The notes under the pieces are model-generated. The model was not told where the DNA came from. It was given only the letters and a program-made list of their open reading frames with translations, and did not search any database. A stretch of 61,843 bases of DNA, the filler included. It is 4 parts of 4 records of this genome, joined end to end, with 100 filler letters (N's around TTAATTAATTAA, not from the genome) between each part and the next. Parts side by side here need not be neighbours in the genome. Positions count along the whole stretch, not along the records: positions 1 to 26,154 come from SRR31156797_3443; 3 more parts are not named here. The stretch is one strand, 5' to 3'. Shown here one piece after another: positions 9,926 through 19,603 of the stretch (position 1 is the first letter of the stretch; the number at the start of each line of letters is the position of its first letter). The position numbers were made by a program, and so were the translations under genes.

Positions 9926-10810
9926 TCAAACAGCTGTCTTTTCACAATATTTTCGCGCCAAAAGCAACCCACCAGCCAAAGAATCTCCCTGAGGAGAAAC
10001 AAGACTCTGCCTGACATCCTCTGGCAACCATTTATTGATAGGCTTTGCCACGCCACCAATCATGACGACACGGTCAGTCCCCTTTGCCGCCAGCGCACGA
10101 AGTAACAACGCTGTATCCCGGCCAGCCTGACGCATGATATCTTCAGCCATTTCATCACCATCATCTGCCCATTGGGAGACCAAAGGCGCAAACGCACCGT
10201 ACTTCGCAGGAGTGGCCTGTTCGGCCCAAGGGACAGCCCTTTCCGGGGAATTACCAAGGCGATCCATAACTTCAATCGCCAGCCCTCCCATGGGAATAAC
10301 ACCCTCAAAAGCGAGCAAAGAACCACGTACCGCCTGATGCCCGATAAATGCACCACTCCCATGATCAGAAATCTCGAACCCCCAGCCCCCGACGGTGTGT
10401 TCTCTTCCGCCGAGGATGGCACAGCCGCAACTCCCCGTGCCGAGAATCAATATCCCGCCATCCTGACCGTTATGTGCGCCAAGACACGCGATATACGCAT
10501 CGGATTCAATCGTCATGGATTTAAAGGGATGATCGTATGAGGCCAACAGAGTTCGCTCTCTCTGTAGCGAAACCCCAGCCAGTCCAAGCCCGGCATGCAG
10601 GTCTTTTTTCCTATCCAGACTCAGGCCTGCCGAGGCCAAAGCAATGTCCGTGGCAGCGATAATGCTTCCAAACGCAACATCCAGACCCAAACGAGTATTG
10701 GCTGGTCCGCCTCGCCCTTCACCGAGGATATTCCCATCCATATCGGAAATACGAGCGCGGCATCTGGTGCCGCCACCGTCTACTCCAACCAAAAACTTGG
10801 CATCTTGCAT
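9926..10810 (-). CDS. BadF/BadG/BcrA/BcrD-family amino-sugar kinase (GlcNAc/MurNAc kinase)
   Basis: GVDGGGTRCR, ILILGTGS and GGWGFEISDHGSG; heads the kinase-deaminase-nagA operon. Confidence 0.88.
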   Translation of the reverse strand: MQDAKFLVGVDGGGTRCRARISDMDGNILGEGRGGPANTRLGLDVAFGSIIAATDIALASAGLSLDRKKDLHAGLGLAGVSLQRERTLLASYDHPFKSMTIESDAYIACLGAHNGQDGGILILGTGSCGCAILGGREHTVGGWGFEISDHGSGAFIGHQAVRGSLLAFEGVIPMGGLAIEVMDRLGNSPERAVPWAEQATPAKYGAFAPLVSQWADDGDEMAEDIMRQAGRDTALLLRALAAKGTDRVVMIGGVAKPINKWLPEDVRQSLVSPQGDSLAGGLLLARKYCEKTAV

Positions 10811-10868
10811 GGTTTACGCTCCTTTAGAGGGCCTACTCAATTAACACGACAACGGCAAACATATACTT

Positions 10869-10889
10869 TAAAATCGGTGACCGAAGTAA
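10869..10889. promoter_or_regulatory. Candidate ROK-family operator in the divergent promoter region
   Basis: TAAAA-TCGGT-G-ACCGA-AGTAA dyad with AT-rich flanks, resembling NagC-type 21-bp operators. Confidence 0.4.
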
Positions 10890-10935
10890 CTCGAATTTCT
10901 TTCCCGACACACGTCTCTGTGCTACTCACTTATGT

Positions 10936-11853
10936 ATGCCAACAAAAAAGGATTCTCCACGCGCCACCACCGAGCGTACTTCCCCCCGTTCCATCGGTAT
11001 CGACACATGGCCGTCCAACGACATCCTCACGCATCTGTGGCAAGACCAGATCAACGGAGTCTCCGCAGTCAGGGCCGCTATGGGACAACTGAAATCCGCT
11101 GCGCTTGCTGCTGTTGCTCGCCTGAAAAATGAAAAGAGCCGACTCATATATGTAGGGGCAGGATCTTCCGGCGTTCTGGCCGGGCTGGATGGCATTGAAC
11201 TGCCATGCACTTTCGGGTGGCCAGAAAATCGTCTGGCTGTTTACCGTGCGGACGATTCCGACAACATCCTGACTATCACCACTCCGGGCGATGACGATAA
11301 AAACGCCGCGCTGAACGATTTCAAAAAAAGCAAAATTTCCCATCAAGATATTGTCGTTGCGGTCTCGGCCAGCGGCAATACTCCCTACACCTGCCTATTC
11401 GCTGAACAGGCCAAACACAACGACGCACTGGTCATCGGATTCGCGAACAACCCCGAATCCCGTCTGCTCGGCATTGCCGACCACCCAGTCTTGCTCGATA
11501 CAGGGCCGGAAGTCATTGCCGGATCAACTCGTCTCAAGGCCGGGACCGCACAAAAAACAGCTTTGGGCATGCTTTCAACGCTCATCATGACTCGACTAGG
11601 CCATGTTCATGACGGGCTATTGATCGATGTTGAACCAGACAACACCAAACTGCAAAAAAGAGCGGCACGAGTGGTCGCTTCCATTGCCGATGTATCTCTT
11701 GAGATTGCTGAAAAGGCACTCGAACAAACCCATTACACCGTCAAGCCCGCCGTGCTTGTCGCCAAGGGAATGACTCCGACTCAGGCGCAGGAAACATTGA
11801 ATAAATCAGGGCAGATTCTGAGAGAAGCCCTGATTCACATTGCTCAAGTCTGA
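10936..11853 (+). CDS. murQ: MurQ-like N-acetylmuramic acid 6-phosphate etherase (divergent)
   Basis: RLIYVGAGSSG, ELPCTFG, SASGNTPY, GPEVIAGSTRLKAGTAQK and NTKLQKRA. Confidence 0.8.
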   Translation: MPTKKDSPRATTERTSPRSIGIDTWPSNDILTHLWQDQINGVSAVRAAMGQLKSAALAAVARLKNEKSRLIYVGAGSSGVLAGLDGIELPCTFGWPENRLAVYRADDSDNILTITTPGDDDKNAALNDFKKSKISHQDIVVAVSASGNTPYTCLFAEQAKHNDALVIGFANNPESRLLGIADHPVLLDTGPEVIAGSTRLKAGTAQKTALGMLSTLIMTRLGHVHDGLLIDVEPDNTKLQKRAARVVASIADVSLEIAEKALEQTHYTVKPAVLVAKGMTPTQAQETLNKSGQILREALIHIAQV

Positions 11854-11899
11854 ATGGAGATGTATATTGTCCATCAAATTCCTAAACAGGGAGGAACCG

Positions 11900-13159
11900 A
11901 TGCTGAAAAGACTTACAGGATTCGCGCTGGCTGCGCTGCTGATCGTCAGCATGCTCGCGACCAGCGCCTTTGCCGCAACCACGTTGAAAATCGAAAGCTG
12001 GCGCAATGACGACAGCGATATTTGGACCGACACCATCATCCCGGCATTCAACAAGAAGCACCCGGACATCAAGATTGTCTTCGCTCCCATGCCTCCGGCA
12101 GAATACAACGCAGGCCTCAACGCCAAACTGGCTGGCGGCACCGCAGGCGACCTGATTACCTGCCGCCCGTTCGATGCCTCCCTCGAAATGTTCAACAAAG
12201 GCTACATTGTTGATCTGAACGATCTTGCAGGCATGAAAGAATTTTCCGACGTCGCCAAATCCGCATGGCAAACCGATGACGGTAAATCCACCTTTGCGGT
12301 TCCAATGGCATCCGTCATCCACGGCTTCATATACAACAAGGAAATCTTCGAAGAACTTGGTCTTTCCATTCCTACAACCGAAGCAGAATTCTTCACGATT
12401 CTCGAAAAGATCAAAGCCGACGGCAACTATACGCCCCTGTCACTGGGCACAGCCGACCAGTGGGAAGCTGCCACCATGGGTTTCCAAAACATCGGTCCCA
12501 ACTACTGGAAAGGCGAAGAAGGCCGCAAGGCACTGATCGCCGGAACCGCCAAACTGACCGATGCCCCCTATGTCAATACATGGAAACAGCTCGCCAAGTG
12601 GGCTCCTTACATGGGTAAAGGCTTCAAAGCCCAAAAATACCCCGACAGTCAGAATCTGTTCACCCTTGGTCGTGCTGTCATATACCCGGCCGGCTCCTGG
12701 GACATCACCACATTCAACACTCAAGCTGATTTCAAATTCGGTGCATTCCCTCCGCCGCTGCCTGAAGGCGCAACCAAGGGTTACATCTCCGATCATACCG
12801 ACATCGCACTGGGACTGAATGCCGCCTCTCCGAACAAGGAAGCCGCTCGCCTGTTCCTGGAATGGTTATCCACTCCCGAATTTGCTGAACTGTACGCAAA
12901 TTCCCTGCCCGGTTTCTTCCCCCTGTCCAACCACAAGGTTTCCCTGAAAGACCCGGTTGCACAGGAATTCGTCAACTGGCGCAACACGCACGAATCAACT
13001 ATCCGCAACTCCTACCAGATTCTCTCCCGTGGCACCCCGAACCTTGAGAATCAGCTGTGGAATGTCAGCTCTCAGGTCATCAACGGCACCATGACTCCTG
13101 AGGACGCTGCCAAGGAAACACAGGCTGGCCTCGAAAAATGGTACAAACCCCAACAATAG
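11900..13159 (+). CDS. Carbohydrate ABC transporter substrate-binding protein (CUT1)
   Basis: GGAGG RBS before ATG 11900 (start trimmed relative to the ORF track); signal peptide ending AFA; adjacent to permeases. Confidence 0.9.
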   Translation: MLKRLTGFALAALLIVSMLATSAFAATTLKIESWRNDDSDIWTDTIIPAFNKKHPDIKIVFAPMPPAEYNAGLNAKLAGGTAGDLITCRPFDASLEMFNKGYIVDLNDLAGMKEFSDVAKSAWQTDDGKSTFAVPMASVIHGFIYNKEIFEELGLSIPTTEAEFFTILEKIKADGNYTPLSLGTADQWEAATMGFQNIGPNYWKGEEGRKALIAGTAKLTDAPYVNTWKQLAKWAPYMGKGFKAQKYPDSQNLFTLGRAVIYPAGSWDITTFNTQADFKFGAFPPPLPEGATKGYISDHTDIALGLNAASPNKEAARLFLEWLSTPEFAELYANSLPGFFPLSNHKVSLKDPVAQEFVNWRNTHESTIRNSYQILSRGTPNLENQLWNVSSQVINGTMTPEDAAKETQAGLEKWYKPQQ

Positions 13160-13171
13160 TAATTCACCAAC

Positions 13172-13200
13172 AAAGGGACTCCCATACGGGGGTCCCTTTT
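13172..13200 (+). terminator. Intercistronic stem-loop/terminator after the SBP gene
   Basis: AAAGGGACTCCC-ATAC-GGGGGTCCCTTTT. Confidence 0.7.
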
Positions 13201-13223
13201 CACGTTTTTCCGAAGGTATCAAA

Positions 13224-14156
13224 ATGAGCGCATCAGGCGGTAGGTTCGCCCGTTTCCCACACCACATCGTGCTATTCTTAGCTCCGGCAACGATCATCTA
13301 TACATTATTCATGATCTACCCTTTGCTCGATTCCATCCGATTAAGCCTCTATGCAACTGACGGCAATGACATTTTGTCCTTCTCAGGATTGGCGAACTAC
13401 ATCGCACTGCTCACCGATCCTCAATGGTCCGAACCGTTCTGGAACGCACTCCTGAACAACTTCAAGTTTTTCTGCGTCCACATGTTTGTACAAAACCCAA
13501 TCGGCATCATGCTGGCAGCTCTGCTCAGTCTACCGAAACTCACAGGACGCACCACGTACCGCACACTAATTTTCATACCCACCATGTTGTCGGTGGTTAT
13601 CATCGGCTTCATCTGGCAGCTCATCCTCAGCCCCCTCTGGGGCGTCAGTGAAACCCTGCTCAGCTTTGTGGGCCTAGCAGACTGGTTTCAACCATGGCTG
13701 GGACAGGAAGGTACGACCCTTGTCACCCTGTCACTGATCTCGGTTTGGCAATTCGTGGGCATTCCCATGATGCTGATCTACGCGGCCATGCTGAACATTC
13801 CGCACGATCTGGTGGAAGGGGCTATCATTGACGGTGCCACGCACTGGGAAATCTTTTGGCATATCAAACTCCCACTCATCCTGCCCACCATTGCCATGGT
13901 CTCCATTCTGACCTTTGTGGCGAACTTCAACGCCTTCGACCTTATTTACGCGGTCAAAGGGGCATTGGCCGGGCCAAACTTCTCCAGTGACATCATGGGC
14001 ACCCTTTTCTACCGTACCTTTTTCGGATTCCAGCTCCAACTGGGCAACCCAACAATGGGTGCAACCATCGCAACCATGATGTTCATGGTCATCCTCCTCG
14101 GCGTCCTGCTGTATCTCTTCATCCTGCAACGCAAACTGCGCCGGTACGCACTGTAG
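13224..14156 (+). CDS. Sugar ABC transporter permease (MalF/UgpA-like)
   Basis: Multiple TMs; EAA-loop variant LVEGAIIDGA. Confidence 0.92.
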   Translation: MSASGGRFARFPHHIVLFLAPATIIYTLFMIYPLLDSIRLSLYATDGNDILSFSGLANYIALLTDPQWSEPFWNALLNNFKFFCVHMFVQNPIGIMLAALLSLPKLTGRTTYRTLIFIPTMLSVVIIGFIWQLILSPLWGVSETLLSFVGLADWFQPWLGQEGTTLVTLSLISVWQFVGIPMMLIYAAMLNIPHDLVEGAIIDGATHWEIFWHIKLPLILPTIAMVSILTFVANFNAFDLIYAVKGALAGPNFSSDIMGTLFYRTFFGFQLQLGNPTMGATIATMMFMVILLGVLLYLFILQRKLRRYAL

Positions 14157-14165
14157 GAGACTGTC

Positions 14166-15002
14166 ATGCACAAAACCAAGAAAACCGTCAGCACGCTGGG
14201 CATTCATATAATTCTGCTCACATACACGCTCATCGCCCTGTGGCCCATTTTTCTGACGATCATCAACTCGTTCAAATCACGTAGAGCCATCTTCAACAGC
14301 CCCATGAGTCTGCCGGGAATCGATACGTTCAGCCTCAAGGGATTCATCAAAGTGTTGGTTCGTTCGGATTTCGAAATCTATTTTATGAACTCCATCATCA
14401 TCACGGTGGCAACACTGGCATTAGTCCTTCTACTCGGTGCCATGGCAGCATGGGCCTTGTCCGAATACGAATTCAAGGGCAACAAATGGCTCGGCCTCTA
14501 TCTGGCAATCGGAATCATGATTCCCATCCGCCTCGGCTCGGTCAGCCTGCTTCAACTCATCGTGGACATGAACCTCACCAACACGCTGACCGCACTGGTA
14601 TTGGTCTACGTCGCGCAAAGTATCCCTCTGGCAATATTCATTCTGTCGGAGTTCATGCAGCAAATACCAAAGGATTTGAAAGAAGCCGCTCGCTGTGACG
14701 GAGTGAGCGAATACACCATTTTCTTCAAGGTCATCCTGCCATTAACTCGCCCCGCCATCGCCACTGTCGGCGTTTTTACACTGGTCCCTGTCTGGAATGA
14801 CCTCTGGTTCCCACTGATTCTCGCTCCGAGCGAACAGACACAGACCATCACGTTGGGCGTCCAACAATTCATCGGCCAATATGTCACTGACTGGAATGCA
14901 GTCTTGGCATCATTAACACTGGCCATTGTCCCGATCCTGATCATTTACATTTTGTTGTCCAGGCACCTGATCCGCGGCATTACCGCCGGTGCTGTCAAAT
15001 AG
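14166..15002 (+). CDS. Sugar ABC transporter permease (MalG/UgpE-like)
   Basis: Multiple TMs; EAARCDG loop. Confidence 0.92.
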   Translation: MHKTKKTVSTLGIHIILLTYTLIALWPIFLTIINSFKSRRAIFNSPMSLPGIDTFSLKGFIKVLVRSDFEIYFMNSIIITVATLALVLLLGAMAAWALSEYEFKGNKWLGLYLAIGIMIPIRLGSVSLLQLIVDMNLTNTLTALVLVYVAQSIPLAIFILSEFMQQIPKDLKEAARCDGVSEYTIFFKVILPLTRPAIATVGVFTLVPVWNDLWFPLILAPSEQTQTITLGVQQFIGQYVTDWNAVLASLTLAIVPILIIYILLSRHLIRGITAGAVK

Positions 15003-15011
15003 AGGGAAAAC

Positions 15012-16091
15012 ATGTCTGATATCAAACTGAAAAATATCGAGAAAGCCTTCGGCAAAACCGAAGTCCTCCATGACGTAAACATGGACGTCAAGGACGGTGA
15101 ATTTGTTGTATTCGTCGGCCCATCCGGTTGCGGAAAATCCACACTCCTGCGTGTCATTGCCGGACTGGAAAAAGTCACAGCAGGCGAAATCTACATTGAT
15201 GACGAGATGGTCAACGACGTTCAACCTCGTGAACGCGGTATTGCCATGGTTTTCCAGTCCTACGCACTGTACCCGCACATGACAGTCTATAAAAATATGT
15301 CCTTTGGCCTGAAGCTCAAGAAACACGACAAGCAAGAGATTGACCGCCGAGTACGCCATGCAGCCGAAACCCTGCAACTGACCGAATACCTGAACCGCCG
15401 ACCAGCAGAACTTTCTGGTGGTCAAAGACAGCGTGTGGCAATAGGCCGAGCCATCGTTCGCAACCCCAAAGTCTTTCTTTTTGATGAACCTCTATCCAAT
15501 CTGGACGCAGCGCTTAGAGTACAGACACGCATTGAAATCGCGAAATTACACAAGAAACTCGACGCAACTATAATCTATGTCACCCATGATCAGGTGGAGG
15601 CCATGACCCTTGCCGACAAAATCGTTGTGCTTCACGATGGTCGTGTAGAACAGGTCGGACCACCGCTCGAACTATACAACACGCCAGCCAATCTTTTTGT
15701 CGCCGGATTTATCGGCTCACCCAAAATGAATTTCCTCAAAGGAGCAGTCGCCTCAATCAATGGTTCAACGGTTAAAATAGCCCTGCCAGACGGCAAGACC
15801 ATTACCATCCAACATGACGCTCCCGGTAATGAAAAAACACAGGCTACCATTGGTATCAGGCCTGAGCACCTACTCCTGTCAGAACCCAAAGAAGGTCTGC
15901 TCAAGGCTGAAGTGGATGTGGTCGAACGATTGGGCGATGTCAGCTATCTCTACTGTACGTTATCCGACGGCACTGCAATCATTGCCAGCACCCCCGGCAC
16001 CAGCGAAGCAACAACAGGAGATATCATCCACCTGACTGCCAGGATTGAAAAGGTACACGTGTTCGGACCGGATGGTACGGCTTGGAAATAA
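15012..16091 (+). CDS. Sugar ABC transporter ATP-binding protein (MalK/MsmX-like)
   Basis: [27 protein letters not shown] and a C-terminal TOBE-like region. Confidence 0.95.
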   Translation: MSDIKLKNIEKAFGKTEVLHDVNMDVKDGEFVVFVGPSGCGKSTLLRVIAGLEKVTAGEIYIDDEMVNDVQPRERGIAMVFQSYALYPHMTVYKNMSFGLKLKKHDKQEIDRRVRHAAETLQLTEYLNRRPAELSGGQRQRVAIGRAIVRNPKVFLFDEPLSNLDAALRVQTRIEIAKLHKKLDATIIYVTHDQVEAMTLADKIVVLHDGRVEQVGPPLELYNTPANLFVAGFIGSPKMNFLKGAVASINGSTVKIALPDGKTITIQHDAPGNEKTQATIGIRPEHLLLSEPKEGLLKAEVDVVERLGDVSYLYCTLSDGTAIIASTPGTSEATTGDIIHLTARIEKVHVFGPDGTAWK

Positions 16092-16117
16092 TCCTCACCC
16101 ACAAAAAAAACTTCCAC

Positions 16118-16149
16118 AAGGGCCGCCGAACATTCAGCGGCCCTTTTTT
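16118..16149 (+). terminator. Intrinsic terminator of the ABC operon
   Basis: AAGGGCCGCCGAA-CA-TTCAGCGGCCCTT followed by a T-run. Confidence 0.8.
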
Positions 16150-16225
16150 CATGAGTATTATTTCCCTTATTGTAAAAATCCTCGCTGACGACTATACATC
16201 GAACGAATCCACAGGGAGGAATCGA

Positions 16226-17428
16226 GTGCAGACGGCCAACAGGGAACTCATGCGCGCCATAAACCGTGACAGTGTCCTCAGGACAATCCGGTTGCAAGGC
16301 GAGATTTCACGCACGCATATAGCCGCCCAAACCGGACTGGGACAATCTACAGTCACGGACATCACAGCGGCCCTGCTTCAGGAAAATCTGCTGCTTGAAA
16401 AGTCAGCTCCGGGCTGCCATGCCGGACGTCCACCCATTCTTCTTTCTCTAAATCCAGACGGAACCTTTGTTGCCGGGGCATACATTACATCACGACAAAT
16501 CAGCGTAGTTGTCATCAACCTGGAAGCACAAGTTATAGGGTCTCACGCACGCCCACTGGATAAAAGTGCCACCACTCCTGAGAAAATTGCAGACCTTGTG
16601 GCTGAAACCGTCAAAACATGCTGTAGGCGATATGGCTTCATATCGGATGATATCTCCGGCCTCGGCCTCGGCATACCTGGATTGGTCAACTCGGATAACG
16701 GCATGATCCATTTTCACCCTGGATTCAACAAGGGGTTTGACTGGTCTAACATTCCATTTAAGGATCTGGTGGAAAAACGAACTGGATTCCAAACGTTTAT
16801 AGAGAACAGCTCCAATACATTAGCCATATTCGAACACTGGTTTGGCGCTGCACAAGGAATCGACAATTTTTTCGTGACGACTCTGGAGCACGGCGTCGGA
16901 CTGGGGTTGTATGCCAACGGAGCTCTGGTACGAGGCTGGCAGGGAATGGCCGGAGAATTTGGTCATGTCAGAGGCAATTGTCACGACTCAGTCTGTCGAT
17001 GCGGCATGACAGGCTGCCTTGAAGCGGTGGCTTCACCTCATGCTATTCTCGAAGAAGCACGCAAAGCAGCACGACAAGGGTTGTGGCACCCAGCATCAAA
17101 AACAATCACGCTGAAAACCGTCATTGATGCAGCAAAAAAAGGCGAACGAATTTTGCTGGATATTTTTACTCGCGCAGGCACAATACTTGGTCAGCGCATC
17201 ACAGACCTGACCCGCGTTTTGAATCCGGAAACAATCATTATTACTGGCAAAAACAATTTAGCTGAAGACATGCTTTTCACCCCGCTATCTCAAGCCATGG
17301 CAGCATGTAATTCCGAAGTATTCGGCCCCATACCCCGCCTCGTCATCCGTCCATGGCGCGAAGAAAACTACGCACGAGGAGCCGGAGCACTGGTCCTGCA
17401 AAAACTGCATCAAAACTGCGCACTGTAG
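16226..17428 (+). CDS. ROK-family (NagC/XylR-like) transcriptional repressor
   Basis: GGAGG RBS before GTG 16226 (ORF-track start 16082 overlaps the terminator); N-terminal HTH ISRTHIAAQTGLGQSTVT; GEFGH...CRCGMTGCLE zinc motif. Confidence 0.9.
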   Translation: MQTANRELMRAINRDSVLRTIRLQGEISRTHIAAQTGLGQSTVTDITAALLQENLLLEKSAPGCHAGRPPILLSLNPDGTFVAGAYITSRQISVVVINLEAQVIGSHARPLDKSATTPEKIADLVAETVKTCCRRYGFISDDISGLGLGIPGLVNSDNGMIHFHPGFNKGFDWSNIPFKDLVEKRTGFQTFIENSSNTLAIFEHWFGAAQGIDNFFVTTLEHGVGLGLYANGALVRGWQGMAGEFGHVRGNCHDSVCRCGMTGCLEAVASPHAILEEARKAARQGLWHPASKTITLKTVIDAAKKGERILLDIFTRAGTILGQRITDLTRVLNPETIIITGKNNLAEDMLFTPLSQAMAACNSEVFGPIPRLVIRPWREENYARGAGALVLQKLHQNCAL

Positions 17429-17526
17429 ACACAATAAAATGATGTCCGAACCGAAAATCGCTAGTCACTAGCGAAAGATTCGGCCAAAAACATTATATGG
17501 AATGACTTCAAGCGCAGGATGGTATC

Positions 17527-18972
17527 ATGAACATGGAATTCAGCCGAGCACGGCAGGAAAAAGACAAAAACTTTGACGGGAAATTTTTTTTCGGCGTCAA
17601 AACAACAGGCATATTCTGTCGCCCATCCTGTCCTGCCCCCATGGCCAAAGAAGAAAATGTCGAATATTTCGACACAATGTTCGCGGCCTTGGAAAAAGGA
17701 TTTCACCCCTGCCTTCGCTGTCGTCCGGATATTGAAGTCGAATATTACAACGGCAATGTGGGGGGAACATCGGTCGTCGACAGGGCTCTTCAAAAAATCT
17801 TTGACGGCTATCTCAACGACCATACTCTCGCCGAGTTGGCCGTTAACCTCATGATCTCCGAACGCCATCTGCGCAAACTCTTTGTGGACAACCTCGGTGT
17901 CCCGCCGATCAAGATCGCCCGCTATCATAAAACCCTGTTCGCAAAAAAACTTCTTACTTCATCCAACCAATCTGTAACAGATATCGCCTTTGCCTCTGGA
18001 TTCGGCTCCATTCGACAATTCAATGATGCATTCAAAATAACTTTCGGAAAAACACCAACCGAAGTGAGGAAGCTTTCACGACAGACACAAGCTCAGGACA
18101 ACACCACACTGCTCTTGCGCTATTCTCCCCCCTTCGACTTCAAACAAATTCTCACATTCCTCCAAATTCGGGCCATAAAGGGGGTGGAACGGGTTACAAA
18201 CACGAGCTACAGTCGAACTTTCCGCACCCGGAACACACGCGGATATTTCACAGTATGTGACCACCCGGCCAAATCGGCCCTCGCATTATCCATTGTCTGT
18301 GATGACATCAAATGCTTCATGCAGATACACAATCGAGTGCGACGAATGTTTGATCTGGATACAAATTTTTCCGACATCAATAAACGCTTCATCAATGACC
18401 CGCTGCTTTCAAAAGGCATGGACAATAATCACGTACCGAGACTGCCCGTCGCATTTGCCCCATTTGAATTCATCATTCGAGCGATCCTCGGCCAACAGAT
18501 TACAGTCAAAGCAGCCACAACCCTTGCCGGACGAATTGCAAGGAAAGGAAATCTTCAAACAAACGATTCCTTTCCTAAAGGACTCAACTTCTTTTTCCCA
18601 AGGCCAAAAGAACTCATGGATATGGACCTCAACGGATTGGGAATCACTCAAACCCGACAAGGGACCCTTCAAAGAGCTGTACAGGCAATCATCGATAGAA
18701 CAATTTTCTTGTCGCCAAACCAAAGCCTTGAAGCGTTCAACCAACAATTTTCCGCACTCAAAGGCATAGGACCGTGGACGGTCAATTATGTCGGGATGCG
18801 AGGATTGGGCATGATCGACAGCTTCCCGGCCAGTGACCTCGGAGTCATCAAGGCAATGATGCTCGACGACAAAAAACCAAACGTAAAAGACATTTTGAAA
18901 CAAAGCGAAAACTGGCGTCCATACAGGGCATACGCAGCACTCTGTCTTTGGAACTCTTTAAAGGAGAAATAA
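17527..18972 (+). CDS. alkA: Ada N-terminal/AraC-AlkA fusion (DNA-3-methyladenine glycosylase II)
   Basis: GIFCRPSC...PCLRCRP Ada zinc site, AraC HTH and HhH GIGPWT...DLG. Confidence 0.92.
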   Translation: MNMEFSRARQEKDKNFDGKFFFGVKTTGIFCRPSCPAPMAKEENVEYFDTMFAALEKGFHPCLRCRPDIEVEYYNGNVGGTSVVDRALQKIFDGYLNDHTLAELAVNLMISERHLRKLFVDNLGVPPIKIARYHKTLFAKKLLTSSNQSVTDIAFASGFGSIRQFNDAFKITFGKTPTEVRKLSRQTQAQDNTTLLLRYSPPFDFKQILTFLQIRAIKGVERVTNTSYSRTFRTRNTRGYFTVCDHPAKSALALSIVCDDIKCFMQIHNRVRRMFDLDTNFSDINKRFINDPLLSKGMDNNHVPRLPVAFAPFEFIIRAILGQQITVKAATTLAGRIARKGNLQTNDSFPKGLNFFFPRPKELMDMDLNGLGITQTRQGTLQRAVQAIIDRTIFLSPNQSLEAFNQQFSALKGIGPWTVNYVGMRGLGMIDSFPASDLGVIKAMMLDDKKPNVKDILKQSENWRPYRAYAALCLWNSLKEK

Positions 18973-18973
18973 T

Positions 18974-19453
18974 ATGCCTCAGTATACGACATTCGACACT
19001 CCTCTGTGGGGAATTATCCTCGTTGGCTCAGAACATGGACTCACCAACCTGCACATGATCACAGGCACAGGAAAACGCGAATTCATCATCGATCCGGCAT
19101 GGATAAGAAACGACGCAATCTTCGATGAAGCCAAGACGCAAATACTCGAATATTGTGCAGGAAAAAGAAAAGAGTTCACTGTGAACCTGACTCCACAAGG
19201 AACAAAATTTCAAAAAGATGTATGGAAAGCACTCAGCGATATCCCCTACGGAGCAGTACGAAGCTACAAAGAGATAGCCATCGCCGTAGGCAATCCGAAC
19301 GCTTCACGGGCCATTGGTATGGCAAATTCGAAAAACCCCATTCCGCTCATCGTGCCATGCCATAGGGTCATCGGCTCCGACGGAAAGCTCACCGGTTTCG
19401 CTCATGGACTGGATGCTAAAATGAAACTTCTCAATCTTGAAAAGACGAGATAA
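18974..19453 (+). CDS. ogt: Methylated-DNA-protein cysteine S-methyltransferase
   Basis: PCHRV active site; IPYG and RAIG motifs. Confidence 0.95.
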   Translation: MPQYTTFDTPLWGIILVGSEHGLTNLHMITGTGKREFIIDPAWIRNDAIFDEAKTQILEYCAGKRKEFTVNLTPQGTKFQKDVWKALSDIPYGAVRSYKEIAIAVGNPNASRAIGMANSKNPIPLIVPCHRVIGSDGKLTGFAHGLDAKMKLLNLEKTR

Positions 19454-19603
19454 CGTAAAAATCAATGAAAGCGCCAATGAAAACCGGACTCAACAAAGCC
19501 CATTGCCCTTACAAATACATCGTAAGAACAATGGGCTTGATAAAAAGGATAAGATCGCCAAGATCGATGCTTCTTGCCCTCCGGCAGACCATCGACACAA
19601 CGC

